NCBI RefSeq assembly: GCF_001949145.1
Contig: NW_019091357.1
Span: 4,514,183 to 4,565,964, forward strand
Length of the DNA: 51,782 bases
Direction of reading: 5' to 3'
From: Acanthaster planci
Lineage: Eukaryota
Part shown: one piece after another, positions 37,701 to 49,700 of the stretch
How positions within the stretch are numbered: the stretch's first letter is position 1
Layout: each line of letters starts with the position of its first letter
Translations under genes and position numbers: made by a program
Notes under the pieces: model-generated
Database searches by the model: none
The model's input: the letters and a program-made list of their open reading frames with translations, nothing else
What the model was told of the DNA's origin: nothing

Positions 37701-40700
37701 AGAGTGTGTAAAAAGTTAAGCAGCAGCACAGTTTTCTAGTTCAGTGAATGCATCTTTTCTGCAAACTGTTCAGCAATGCCATGATATTAGGTTCACACCT
37801 TGAGATATTTTGGGTATTCTAGTTTGAAAGAATTTCGATTGATTAATAAAAACGATTAATCAGATGGGTTTTCACGATGTGAAGTATCATTTGCATTTGC
37901 ATCTGAACTCTTCAATTTTTCACCCCATATCTTAGGAGGGCGCTCTTCTGGTTTTCCTCCCAGGCTGGGAGCAGATCTCCAAAGTGAATGACCTCCTGAC
38001 CCAGCAACAGATGTTCCAGAACGACAACTTCCGCATCATTCCCCTGCACTCCATGATACCCACAATCAACCAAAGACAGGTCTGATATTAAGTTGGACGC
38101 ACAGCATTTTAGCTTTTCAAACACTGACTAGATGGGCCTGTCTAATGTTGGTGTTCAGTTTTGGTTTTATTATCTTTCTTAAACTTCCGGTCCAGAGTGA
38201 ATTTGCACCAATTCTCATCACATGTCAGAAGTTATATGTTTTGGACTTTGTTAAGAGTGAAAAAGAAAAAGAAAGAAACATGTTTATAAAAATCCCGAGA
38301 AAATTGTAACATAAGTGCTATTAAATAAGAGAATTAATAGTTGCCAGGTGCAGGATATAAGAGGTTTCAACACAAGTCAGGGTTTATTTAAATGCCTGTG
38401 GAATAGCGCAATGCTCTGTGGTAAAATTTGTATAAAAAGCCAGGTTTCTTGGGCAAATTCAGTGAGATGTATTAAAACTCGGTGCAGGTATTTGAGCAGC
38501 CCCCGCCAGGTGTCCGCAAGATTGTCATAGCTACCAACATAGCCGAGACGAGCATCACCATTGATGACGTGGTGTACGTCATCAACCTGGGCCGCATCAA
38601 GGAGCGGAACTTTGACGTGGAAAACAACCTCAGCACCTTGAAGCCGGAGTGGATCAGTGCAGCATCGGCCAGCCAGAGAAGGGGGAGGGCTGGCAGGTAT
38701 GCAAATGTAATTTTCTATTCATATATGCAAATGTATTGATTATCTATTCATATATGTGAAACTTTTTGCTGCAGCTCCACTTATAAGCATGAAAATGGCC
38801 AAAAAGAAGATGAGGTAGACAATTGTGGATAGGATATGCACATACATGTATTTTGATCTGATCACCAGAAAACAAGTCAGTCTTGCAGGGTCCACCTCTG
38901 CAAGTTTCTGTCTGTAAACAAATTATTATCTTGTCCCCTCAGAATGGGAACTGAATGGTTAGAATGCTCAAATGAGTAGATAGATAACATCTGTCACATA
39001 GGTCATTAAATTGTCTTTTTATTTTGGGAGCAAAAAACTCTAAAATGAAGCCTTGAGTCTTTGTCACCAGGAAGTATTGAGAAAAGCGTGAAGAGCAAGG
39101 GTAACATGACAATACTTCTCTGATCTGATCTTCTGATCAAAATCTCCAGAGTGCAACCTGGCGAATGCTATCATCTATATAGCCAGCTGAAGGCAGCCAT
39201 GCTGGCAGACTACCAGCTGCCAGAGATGCTGCGGACGCCACTGGACGAACTCTGCCTGCAAATCAAGGTGGGCAAACATGGCGATATTGGCCTCTGTTCT
39301 GATGACTTCATCACATTTTGCTCACAGGTGCTCCTTCCCATGGAGCCAATACACCGAGCACCACAGGAAAGTACGGACATAAGCAACGTGTGACGGCATC
39401 AATACACCACGCACCATAGCACATGTACAAATCCAATGAAAATCAACGAGGGCGCCCTACAAAAAGAGATTCATTTATGAATGAATGTCTCCTCCCAGCA
39501 GCCGCCCAAATTTTGGGGGGGAATTTGTGTGTTGATTATGTATGATATTGTTTTAATGTTATGAAAAAATGAGTAAAATTGGCTTCTTAATAAAAAAGAT
39601 TGCGGCAATTGAATTTTGGTTTCAAAAATGAAATCAGAAAAAAATTTGAAATCTTCTCTTTCTTTATCGAAAGCCCAAAATAGGTGGATACTCAATTTTC
39701 CTGTACTTTGAGATAACCTTTCAACCCTTCTGTACTGGTCAAGAAAAAAAGGTGGCAAGGGTGGCCACTATGACAAAAAAGTGAAAAATGATGCCTCTAC
39801 TGACGATCCTTTGACTCAAAGATGATATCATAGATATTTATGCTGTATATTTATATTTTCTGATTTCAACTGAATAAACATGTTTTGGCAGAATATTTTA
39901 TGTTTTGTTGAGGGCGGCAGTCTTGCCAACAACCCCAAGGTCAGTTGGTCCGACTGAAGATCATCCACTGATCATAAGATAATACCACTCCTTGAAGGCC
40001 GGCCATCTCATGTATCTCTGAACCTGTAATTTTGCTATAATCTGTAATTTTGCTGGTGGTCAGCTACAGCTGAACAAACTTCACCAGTTTAGCCAAATTG
40101 CTTGGATACTCACTTCGTTTAAACCTATGGGGTTATTTTGAATGTTTAAGCTCTCTTCTGGTTGTAAAATGAAGTTTATTTGGAACCGGCCAATATTTTG
40201 CATTTAAGTTTTTTCAGTGTTATGGTGCGACTTTTGTACGTGATTGAGTGATCCTAGCAGGTTGGGATATTTAAAAATGGCGGCTGTGTCATGCTGGAGG
40301 CTTTACCATGCTCGAAACTTTGCAAAATCTGCTTTGATTTCTTTCATTGTTAGCAGGACATTCGGGGGTTGAACATTACATTTGCACTGTAGAAGGCACT
40401 GCAAAGCCTACTTGTTTTAAAAAGAAAGGCATTCTATCATGGAAGTGAACCTCAGTGGAAAGATGAAATTCAAGCTGTTTATTGGTCATGCACTGGCCGT
40501 CCATAGCTGCAGTGTACGTATGCCCAACCCTCCACCCTACACTATTGAAACTTGAGAAAGAGAAGTTTTACCATTGGTTTCAGTGCCACAACTTGAAAGT
40601 GTGCATACTGTGATAAGCTTGCATGTTAGTAATGCTGCATTGCTTTGATGTGGACTCGGACACAAGTGATCTCTGAGTGAAACATCCCTCACATCATGAC

Positions 40701-43700
40701 CATGCCATTTCTGAATGCAGCATGTGATTTGAAGGTCCGTCAACCTGTGTTCAAAGTTTTCCAAATCACCATACATTCATGTGATATTGTGACACAAATT
40801 TAATTTAATTGACTCCGGTCACCTACTAGCTTAATAATATTCCAGAACTAAAACAAGTTCTGTCTGTAACCATTTCCTTGGGGGGTATGTTTGGGATTTT
40901 TTTTTCTTTTTTTTAATTAGGGGATGTTTACAAAGGAATACTAAAAAAGGGTAAAAGCTAACTTTTGTTAAACTTCTCTAAACCTACATTAGAGATTACA
41001 TCTAATCTACAGAGAATACCATATACAAAGTGCACTAATTTTCCCTAAAAATGTTTTAATAGCAATTAGGATGTGATAAAGTGTTTTTCAAAGTGAAATT
41101 TAAGAATGAAAATCCTCAAACATTTATTCAGAGAACACAGAATTTTTCAGACCAGTCTCATAGGTTTGTGCACAGGGCATCAAGTACACTTTGTGCATGG
41201 AATTCTTTCAAATGCTTATAAAAAAGTTTCTATTTTGGAGAACTTGTCCTACAACAACAAACACCTGGTAACTTCAGCCCAACTACATTTACAAAATTAA
41301 CCCATTCAAAATGGTTTTGATTGGAAAGGAACCAGTATAGATCACTTCCTTGGGTGCACGTACAGCAACAACTGATCCCAAGACTTGTCACAATCCTAAT
41401 CTAGTGATTTGGTTAACCATAGCTCTATGGATTAACTGACAGTATGTGACCTACTGTAATCCAGGTATGTTCATAAAGGGTAAAAGTTAAGCCTCGATAC
41501 ATGTACTGGTATTTAAAAATATCCCTAGCCTCCGAAACCTAAATGCTCAACTCCTGCTGTACGATTACATTTTGTAATCTCTTATTAAAGTGAGGTGAGC
41601 TGTACATGACATGTTGTCTGAACAGGTTCTGCTTTTCAGGTTCGCACATTCACAAACATGCGTTCTAATTTATTTGGCTGGAACCTTTACGATATTTTTA
41701 TTTCCAGTCCCTGAACTAGCTACAATATGCCTAAGTGCAATAGCCTGTAGTTCAGTTGCCTCACAAGCCCCATCAATTCCTAGATGCTTTTTAACACTTT
41801 TCTCAATTCCTTAGCGTTCTGTTTTCTGCTTCAAGCATCTTTGTTTTGCTTTTCAATTCTTCCAACTCACAGGTGGTTCTCCCGCATGCAATTCCTTTGT
41901 GCTTTTTTCCAGTGGCGCATTTGATTCTCTGCCGAGATTTTGTCTGGTACTTAATTGTCAACTGCACCAAAATGACATTTACAATCTTCATGATGTGCAA
42001 AAGTTTGTGGTTGGTTGCTCTAAATTTGCTGATACAGGTTTTGCACACAAAAACCTTTGCGCTCATCTTGAAGCAGAAAACAAGATTTGATATTCCCTTG
42101 AAAGTACCTAATGGATAAAACCTGCCACTAACTCCTGATCTGCAGATACAGCAATGTTTTCTAGGCATATAAGGCATTCTGAATCCTAAATATTCCAGTG
42201 AAAACCAAATCGAAAGTCAAAGACGAATGAAAGAGAGCATCGATAGTCCAAGTACAAACACTTCAATCACAAATAAGACAGATCCCCTGAATCCAGTGTC
42301 CTTTAATGAATCTATTTATTTGACAATAAAGCACCAGGAATGTTTTGATTCCGGTAGAGGGCACTATTTGAGATTGGACCTCGGCACACCATGATTACTG
42401 TATTTATTTGGGTCTGCGAAAAGACCACAGTAATTTGCAAGTAACGTGATCATACACTGACATCATGGGCTGTTTTGTTATTTTTTGTACAGTCACTGAA
42501 GCTCGGCAGCATCCACGGCTTCATCGAGAAGGCCCTACAGCAGCCTGACCCCAGGGCAGTGGACCTGGCATTGGAAAGCCTCACACAGATGGTCAGTCTC
42601 ACTATAACTTCATCCAGTGTTTTCTGATTACTCACTTTTGATGTCAGTGTACCTTGATAATGTAATCGCCTCCTTGAACAAATGAACTGAGGGTTGTGTG
42701 TGGTACGTGTAGTTGTGGTGCACTTTAATATTGTAAAGGAAAGTTATTACAAGAGTGTACGTGTGGTGCACGTGGTGTACCAGAGATGCGGACAATTTAC
42801 CTCTAGGCTTACTCTGCCAAAAACTAGGCTGTCTTCTGCTGGTGAGAGGATGTTTTCTGTTGCTGGTCGCCATCTCTGGAACCAGCTTGAAGTTCAACTT
42901 AGAGAGTCTAGGAATGTGGAGAGTTTTAAGACCGGGCTGAAGACGCATCTTTTTAAACAAGCATTTTTAGTTTCCTAGTATTTATTTTAACTGAGGTACA
43001 TGTAGGTTTTATTTATTTCTTATTTATTTATTCATTCATTTAGTTATGTATTTGTTTATTTATACTTATATTGATGTACAGCGCCTGGGAGCAGCTTGAT
43101 GGATTGGACGCTTTATAAATGTCAATTATTATTATTATTATTGTTAAAACCTACATTGCCAAATGATGCCATTTACCATGTTTACGCACAAGTAGGCCTA
43201 CATGTACATGTACGTATCACTGTGCCGGTACACTATACATATACATGTACATGTATACATGTACAGATAATACCGACTGAAGTTTGTGGATTTTTCGTTA
43301 TGGTCCGGTCGCACCCCTGTAGTCCTTGTTAGGTTTTGTGATGCGTCTTTACCATGACTCATTTAATGTACTCAATTAATGTCATATGGTTCTCACTGTT
43401 TTTCTCTTTTTTTCACCCAGAATGCACTAAATGAGAACGAGGAACTCACCCCGCTGGGTTACCACCTTGCCTGGCTCCCTGTCTCCCCGGCCATCGGCCG
43501 CATGATTCTCTTTGGTGCCATGTTCTGCTGCCTGGACCCCATCCTGACCATTGCCGCCAGCCTTAGCTTCAAGGATCCCTTTGTCATTCCGCTGGTGAGA
43601 TCTTTCTGCTCTCCAATTTGCACATCACAGCATCCCTTCCATTCAGACTCCAAGTTTGGCTTGGAATGTTCCTGAATCCTCCAAGATCAAAATTTTGCCT

Positions 43701-46700
43701 TATATTCATGTGTGAATAGTTAATAATTTGACAGTTAGAGTAATGCTCATGTGGTGCTTTCCATCGTTCCAGTGTGATTACAAAGTACCTTTACTTTGAT
43801 ACATTCAGCCTGAGCTTAGTTGGTGACCCTCTGTCTCAATAGCTTTTGACTTAATTGTTCTCAGATACATGTACTTGAATGAAATCGACGCAGTGAGACT
43901 TCCTGTGCATATCCAATACTTTCTGGTCAACCAATAAATTTGGGTCAAGTTTTTGTATACTCATCACAGCCCTAGGGTTCAGTGGTGACTCTTCCAAAAT
44001 CCTGCTAAATGAGGTTTTGATTTCAACTGACTGTAATTTGTTTGGAATAGAAAAAAGATTTGAAAAGCTGCTGAATTGTCTCTCTTCCTTTTTAGTAGAT
44101 GGGCTAAAGATGGAGAAAGAAATGAGCTCGGTTACTTTTAGGTGGTGGGTTCTGAAGTGAGATTTCGATAATTTGTTGCAGGGCAAGGAGGAGACGGTGA
44201 ATGCCCAGCGCAAGCAGCTCTCAGGGGACACGTTCAGCGACCACCTCATGCTGGTCAATGCTGTGGCAGGCTGGGAAGAGGCCCGAAACAGTGGACGACA
44301 TGCTGAGAGCGATTACTGCTGGAGTAACTTCATGTCTATTACCACCCTCAAGGTATTAGGGGCGGTTTCCAAGTTGAATTCTGAGTATTTCAAGTCTCTG
44401 AGAGTGTAGAAATATAAAATCCAAGTAGCTAAAAATCAGGCTCAAGTGTTGGCCGGGTTAGGAGTATGAGGTCTTGGACAAAACGTGACACAGGTGTGCA
44501 AGAAATCTAATGAAATAGTTTGTCAAATGGCTGACCCTTCAGATTTACATCTTCCACCAGCAGTGCACATGGACTTAGAATTTGACAAACCTTACTGCCT
44601 TAGGACAGCCGGGAAATTTCATGATGGAAGGAAGTTTTCCAGATTTAATAAAGATATTCTTTCTCTATTTTCTCCCCAATCTTGGACTAGATGCTGGGCA
44701 ACATGAAGACCCAGTTCTGTGAGCTGCTGGCATCCATAGGCTTCGTAGCTGGGAAATCCTGCAAACAGGAGGAAGCCAACAAGAACTCAGGTGAGATATT
44801 TATGAGATTTTTCTCAGTGTAGGAGTCGACTCCCTCAGGTTGTGTGTGTGTGTTCAGTCTACCGTCATATTCAGACTTTGTGCACTCACTGGTAATTTGC
44901 TTTGAAACCTGCACAACTTTTTCAGCAATTTGAATGTGGTGGAGGAAAAGTAAAACGGATATATATGGTGTTTCTGTTGAGAACAAGACCACAAACTAAA
45001 CCAAGAAGAGGCACTGAATTAAAATGTTGAAAAATTGTATGTTTGTGAACAGAAGATTATACAGTTTCCCAAGTTCACATTTCAAGATGCCTCTGAGAAA
45101 TTAGACTATTATCTTGTTTTATAGTCAGCTCCTTGATGGCAGTTTTTACTTCTTTTTTCTCATACAGACAACAAGCAGCTGGTCAAGGCTATACTTTGTT
45201 CAGGTCTCTATCCAAATGTGGCCCGTGTAACGAAGGGCTCATTCAACATGAAAGAAGGAAAATACAGGTAAAATACAAGAAAAATAGGGAGTTTGTTTGA
45301 ATCCACTTGTTTCCGTTTTTGTCTCATTTTCTGTTTCTTGTACAGAGTTCTTTGCACTACCTTCTTTTATCCTCCTATCTTCAAATTGCAAAAGAGTGAA
45401 TGTTGTGCAGTGTTGGATCAAAGGCTTTGATCTTCAAGGCCAAGGCTCTGACCCTGACGGCAAAGGCCAAGGCTCACACCCTCAAACCTTAAGGCTAAAG
45501 CCAAGGCTTAACCCTCAAGGCTATATTAAGGCCAAGGCCCTTAAATGCACCACAATATTACTACTACAACTTACCCCAAAGAAACACAGCACAAAGTGAC
45601 ATTTAATTTCTCCCAAAATGATTACTGGGGAAATTGTTGTTTTAGAATCGAGTAGAAACTTAAACTGTTAATTGTCTCATCAAAACTGAAGACTTTATTT
45701 AAATGTGATGATGGAATGAGGAGATCCGAAGACAACTACTTTAATAAGACATGCAGCAATCACGCAGCTTAGTTTACTCCATTTAACACAAACATATCTA
45801 CAAGATTATTGAAAATATGACCTACAGAATGAGAATACTGAGCTGAATAGAGTTCTTAGCGAAGAGTTCTTGACGTAATAGACCTACAATATTATGACGT
45901 AATGCAGTGTTTACCGCGGTGCATCGTGGGTGAAAGGTGGGGATGTTGCAGGAATGTGTTGATGTGACACGTTATGTGTAACGTATACTGTATGGCGTGT
46001 GAATCGACCTGACACGAAAAAAAGAAAAAAGACAAAAAAATGCTGATTATCGTCCAAAATGGTCCATGTGAGCTGCTATGTTCCATTATGTTTATCAAGC
46101 ACTCAACGAACGCCAGAGCTGCGTTTTTTAACTTCCTCGAGACCGCAAAAGGCGACAGATATGGATGAAATCCATGAGAAATAAGGCCATCAAAGCGAAG
46201 TCCAAGTGGACCTCTATATGCAGTCTACATTTTGTAGGCAGAGACAAAACTTACGATGTACCGGATCCAATGATTTTCCCGTGGACAAGTGAGTGGGAGG
46301 AGGTTGTTTTCCGGCAAAATGAACAACGAAGAAGCTTTCATGCTACTACAAACCTAGAACCACTGCCAATCTAAAACCACTGCCAATCTCTGTTGTACCA
46401 GCAGAATCATGAGAAAAAGTTTCATGTATGAAGTTCCCAAATCATGTCCGAAGAGAAAGGCAGCTTCTTCATTGTTCATTTTGCCGGGAAACAACCTCCT
46501 CCCACTCACTTGTCCATGGGAAAATCATTGGATCCGGTACATTGTACGCGCAAGTTTTGTCTCCGCCTACAAAATGTAGACTGCATACAGAGGTCCACTT
46601 GGACTTCGCTTCGATGGACTTATTTCTCACGGAAATCTGTTGTCTTTTGCGGTCCAGTGGAAGTTTTACCCACAGTGCACCGCGGTAAACACTGCTTACA

Positions 46701-49700
46701 TCATTATGTTGTAGGTCTATTGAAAGTATCTCTGCATCACAGTATGGGCTTTCAAATGAAATTTTCAGTGTAAAGAGAGAGCACAGTTTAAATTGATACC
46801 ATTGACACCTGAAATTGTTTTGGGACATGCTGTATAGAACAAATTATTATTACAGAGATGGGGTAAACAACTCTATGGTGACAAGTAAAATGAATTCTGT
46901 GTATGGCGTGCTCAAGATGATGGAAAAAACCCATAATTTTACCTACATTGTAATCAGCAAAATATCATTTCCTGCGTGGGCAGTATACTTAGAGGACAAT
47001 CGCCAGGCTTCAACACAGATGTTCTATCTATAGTATTCCATATAATTTTATGGAAGTTGGAAATAAACTTTTCTGATGTTGTGGCCAGAAGCACAGTTCT
47101 AATACATATGTATGTAAAATGACTTCAGCTTTATTTGAAGGGAGCAGCAAAATGTTCTATCGAACCTTCATACTGTAAATGTGCAAGTGAACAAATTTCA
47201 GGTGTTTCCCTTCTCCATGGCAAAACATGATTATCTTTTACTGCAAACTTTGCAGACAGCTCCAAGTTGGCCCTAGGTTGTACATGTATGTTTGCAGAAC
47301 AGCAAAATTTCAAACAATTTTACCTGGAAATTTAAAACTCAGAGGGCCTTGAAGAGCAAGGCTCTAAATCACAAGACATTGATCACTCAAGGCTAATACC
47401 GAGGCTTTTGCCCTTAAGGCTAAGGCCAAGGCCCTTAAACCAAGCCTTAAGGCCAAGGCTTAGGCCCTTAAACCAAGCCTTAAGGCCAAGGCTTAGGCCC
47501 TTAAACCAAGCCTTAAGGCCAAGGCTTAGGCCCTTAAACCAAGCCTTAAGGCCAAGGCTTGGTTACATCACTTGTGTTTTCCAATGTTTACTCATCGTGT
47601 CTTTTAATTTTCATTTATAGTTTAATGTATTTCAAGATTAAGATATTTTTGGCGTGTTTCAATTTAGGCCATTTCATCATGTCCAGTTTTAATAATTTTA
47701 AAGGGCATTTGAATGTTTCTCATGGAGAATTCGCATGTGAAGATTTGATTACTGCAAAAAATGATTTGAAAATTTTATAATAGAATCCTGCAGTTATTGT
47801 AATTACGGCTTGCATATCAGGAGACTTGAGTTTCTATGTCTGTCCTGTGCAGGCCAGCTAAGATTATGACTCGCCAGGATGGGCAGGTCAAGATCCATCC
47901 CAAGTCGGTCAACTTCAAGGAGGCTGACTTCCCCACCAACTGGATCCTCTACCATCTCAAGCTGAAATCCACCAACGTGAGTATAGTCCTGATGCAGGGT
48001 ACCATCAACAGGGTACCAGTGAGACATCCATGTTAAGTTGCACTATGGAAAACAGGGACACACCCTAGCACCGGTGAAGCAGTGTTTATTTTGGCATGAG
48101 AATGAGTAGGACTCGGCATTAAATTTCTTCCACATATTTGTAGTTGAAATACTTGAGTGATACAATGATAAGTACATTTATAAGGACTTAAAGTGTTTGT
48201 TTTTGGTAATGCTTGTCAACAGTAAATAAATATAACATGGTTTGAGGTTTACATGGTTAGGGAATGAATGGTGGATATGTGTTCTCTGGGGAGGGGAGGT
48301 AACACTATTCAACTGAAATGTTATATTTGTATAAGTTATAAATATATTCACATTAGCTCACACATGTCCAGTTAGCCTCTGTGAAATAAAAAGCATCAAT
48401 TAGCAAAGCAAAATGCTGACCGACAGTTACTTGTCCCAGTTTTCAAGTGTGCGTAATTGTAGCCAGGGTGATGTTGGCACATGTACACTACACCCATGGA
48501 ACAGTTCCTTAATTGCTTTGTAAAGAGCGAAATGACATAGCAGATTGATAACCGTGTGGTATCTGATTTGCACATGCCTATTTATTCTCTGCTTGAGAGC
48601 TTATGTGCATGCTTGGTAACCAGCCAGCGGATGACCCCTGAATGCATGCTTGAATTAGAATTCGGTATTTGATTTCAAATTTGCATGACGTATAGTAATG
48701 AATGTATGGTTAACTGCAGAATTATTTGTGAAAAATGTCTGCTATGAGGTGGCTTCAACATGGCAAATGTTTGTGGGCTTGCTTTGTTACAAATCACTCG
48801 CTGAACTTAGTACACGGCTGTCTGAGTGAAATCTGTCTATCTAAAACTAGGTCTGTGTCTTCACTTCATGGAGATGTGCAGACAGTAGACCTAGCTGTAG
48901 CTGTGCAGGCCTTTTTAACAGTCAGTCTCTTGTCTGGAGCTTGGTCTAGGTCTAATCCTCTTCCAGTCATTTACCAATTAAATGGCTTCACCAATCTTAA
49001 ATTTTGAGGGCTCTTAGGTACATTTTGCCATTGGCAGTCAGGTTAGATCCATACACGTCTTGCAGTGACACCTTTGAGAGGAATTAGACAAGTACCTTAC
49101 ATTTGCACCTATTGGCTTGTGATTCCTGAACATAAACTCCTGCACCGTAGTTGTGGGGACATACAATCAACATTTCACCCATTTTGTGGGGACTGAAAAC
49201 ATTGTGGGGACTCAGAAATGTCCCCACAACACGGTTCAAATTTCCCTAACAAAAGAACTTGTCCCCTTAACCCGGTGAATGCCTACCCACTTGCGTTTGT
49301 CAAGTGTATATTATTTGATGTGATTCCCTTGTGGTCCTTGCCCTGCTTTGTGCACTCTGGTACACATCACCGCTGTTGAGAGTACACCTCCGACAACCCT
49401 CATTAGCCATTCTCACTCAAAGTTTTTTTATCTGTTCGTCTATCTTCCCCCACAGGTGTATCTCCATGACACCAGTGCCGTGGGGCCCTACCCTCTCCTG
49501 TTCTTTGGCGGGAAGATCGGTGTCACCCGAAAGGAAGGGTCGGAAATGATCACCGTCGACGATCACATCAAATTCTTCGCCCCAGCCAGAATAGCCTATT
49601 TAGTCAAGGTAAGCCGTCACTGATTCCCTATCCTCAAACGTGAATGTCCAAGGATGCTGTTTTGAACGGTGTTATAACTTGCACATTTGTAGTTGAACAC

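Larger units (their letters stand above)
45408..47573. mobile_element. Non-autonomous hAT-like element with AAGGCCAAGGC subterminal repeats in copy B intron 17
   Basis: Starts CAGTGTTGGATC and ends GGTTACATCACT, with aaggccaaggc arrays at both ends. Absent from copy A. TSD not clear. Confidence 0.65.

Noticed and set aside
47408..47620. 33-bp repeats as a CRISPR array or a repeat protein ([11 protein letters not shown])n
   Set aside because: The units are head-to-tail with no unique spacers, there are no cas genes, and the context is a eukaryotic intron. They are subterminal repeats of a transposon.
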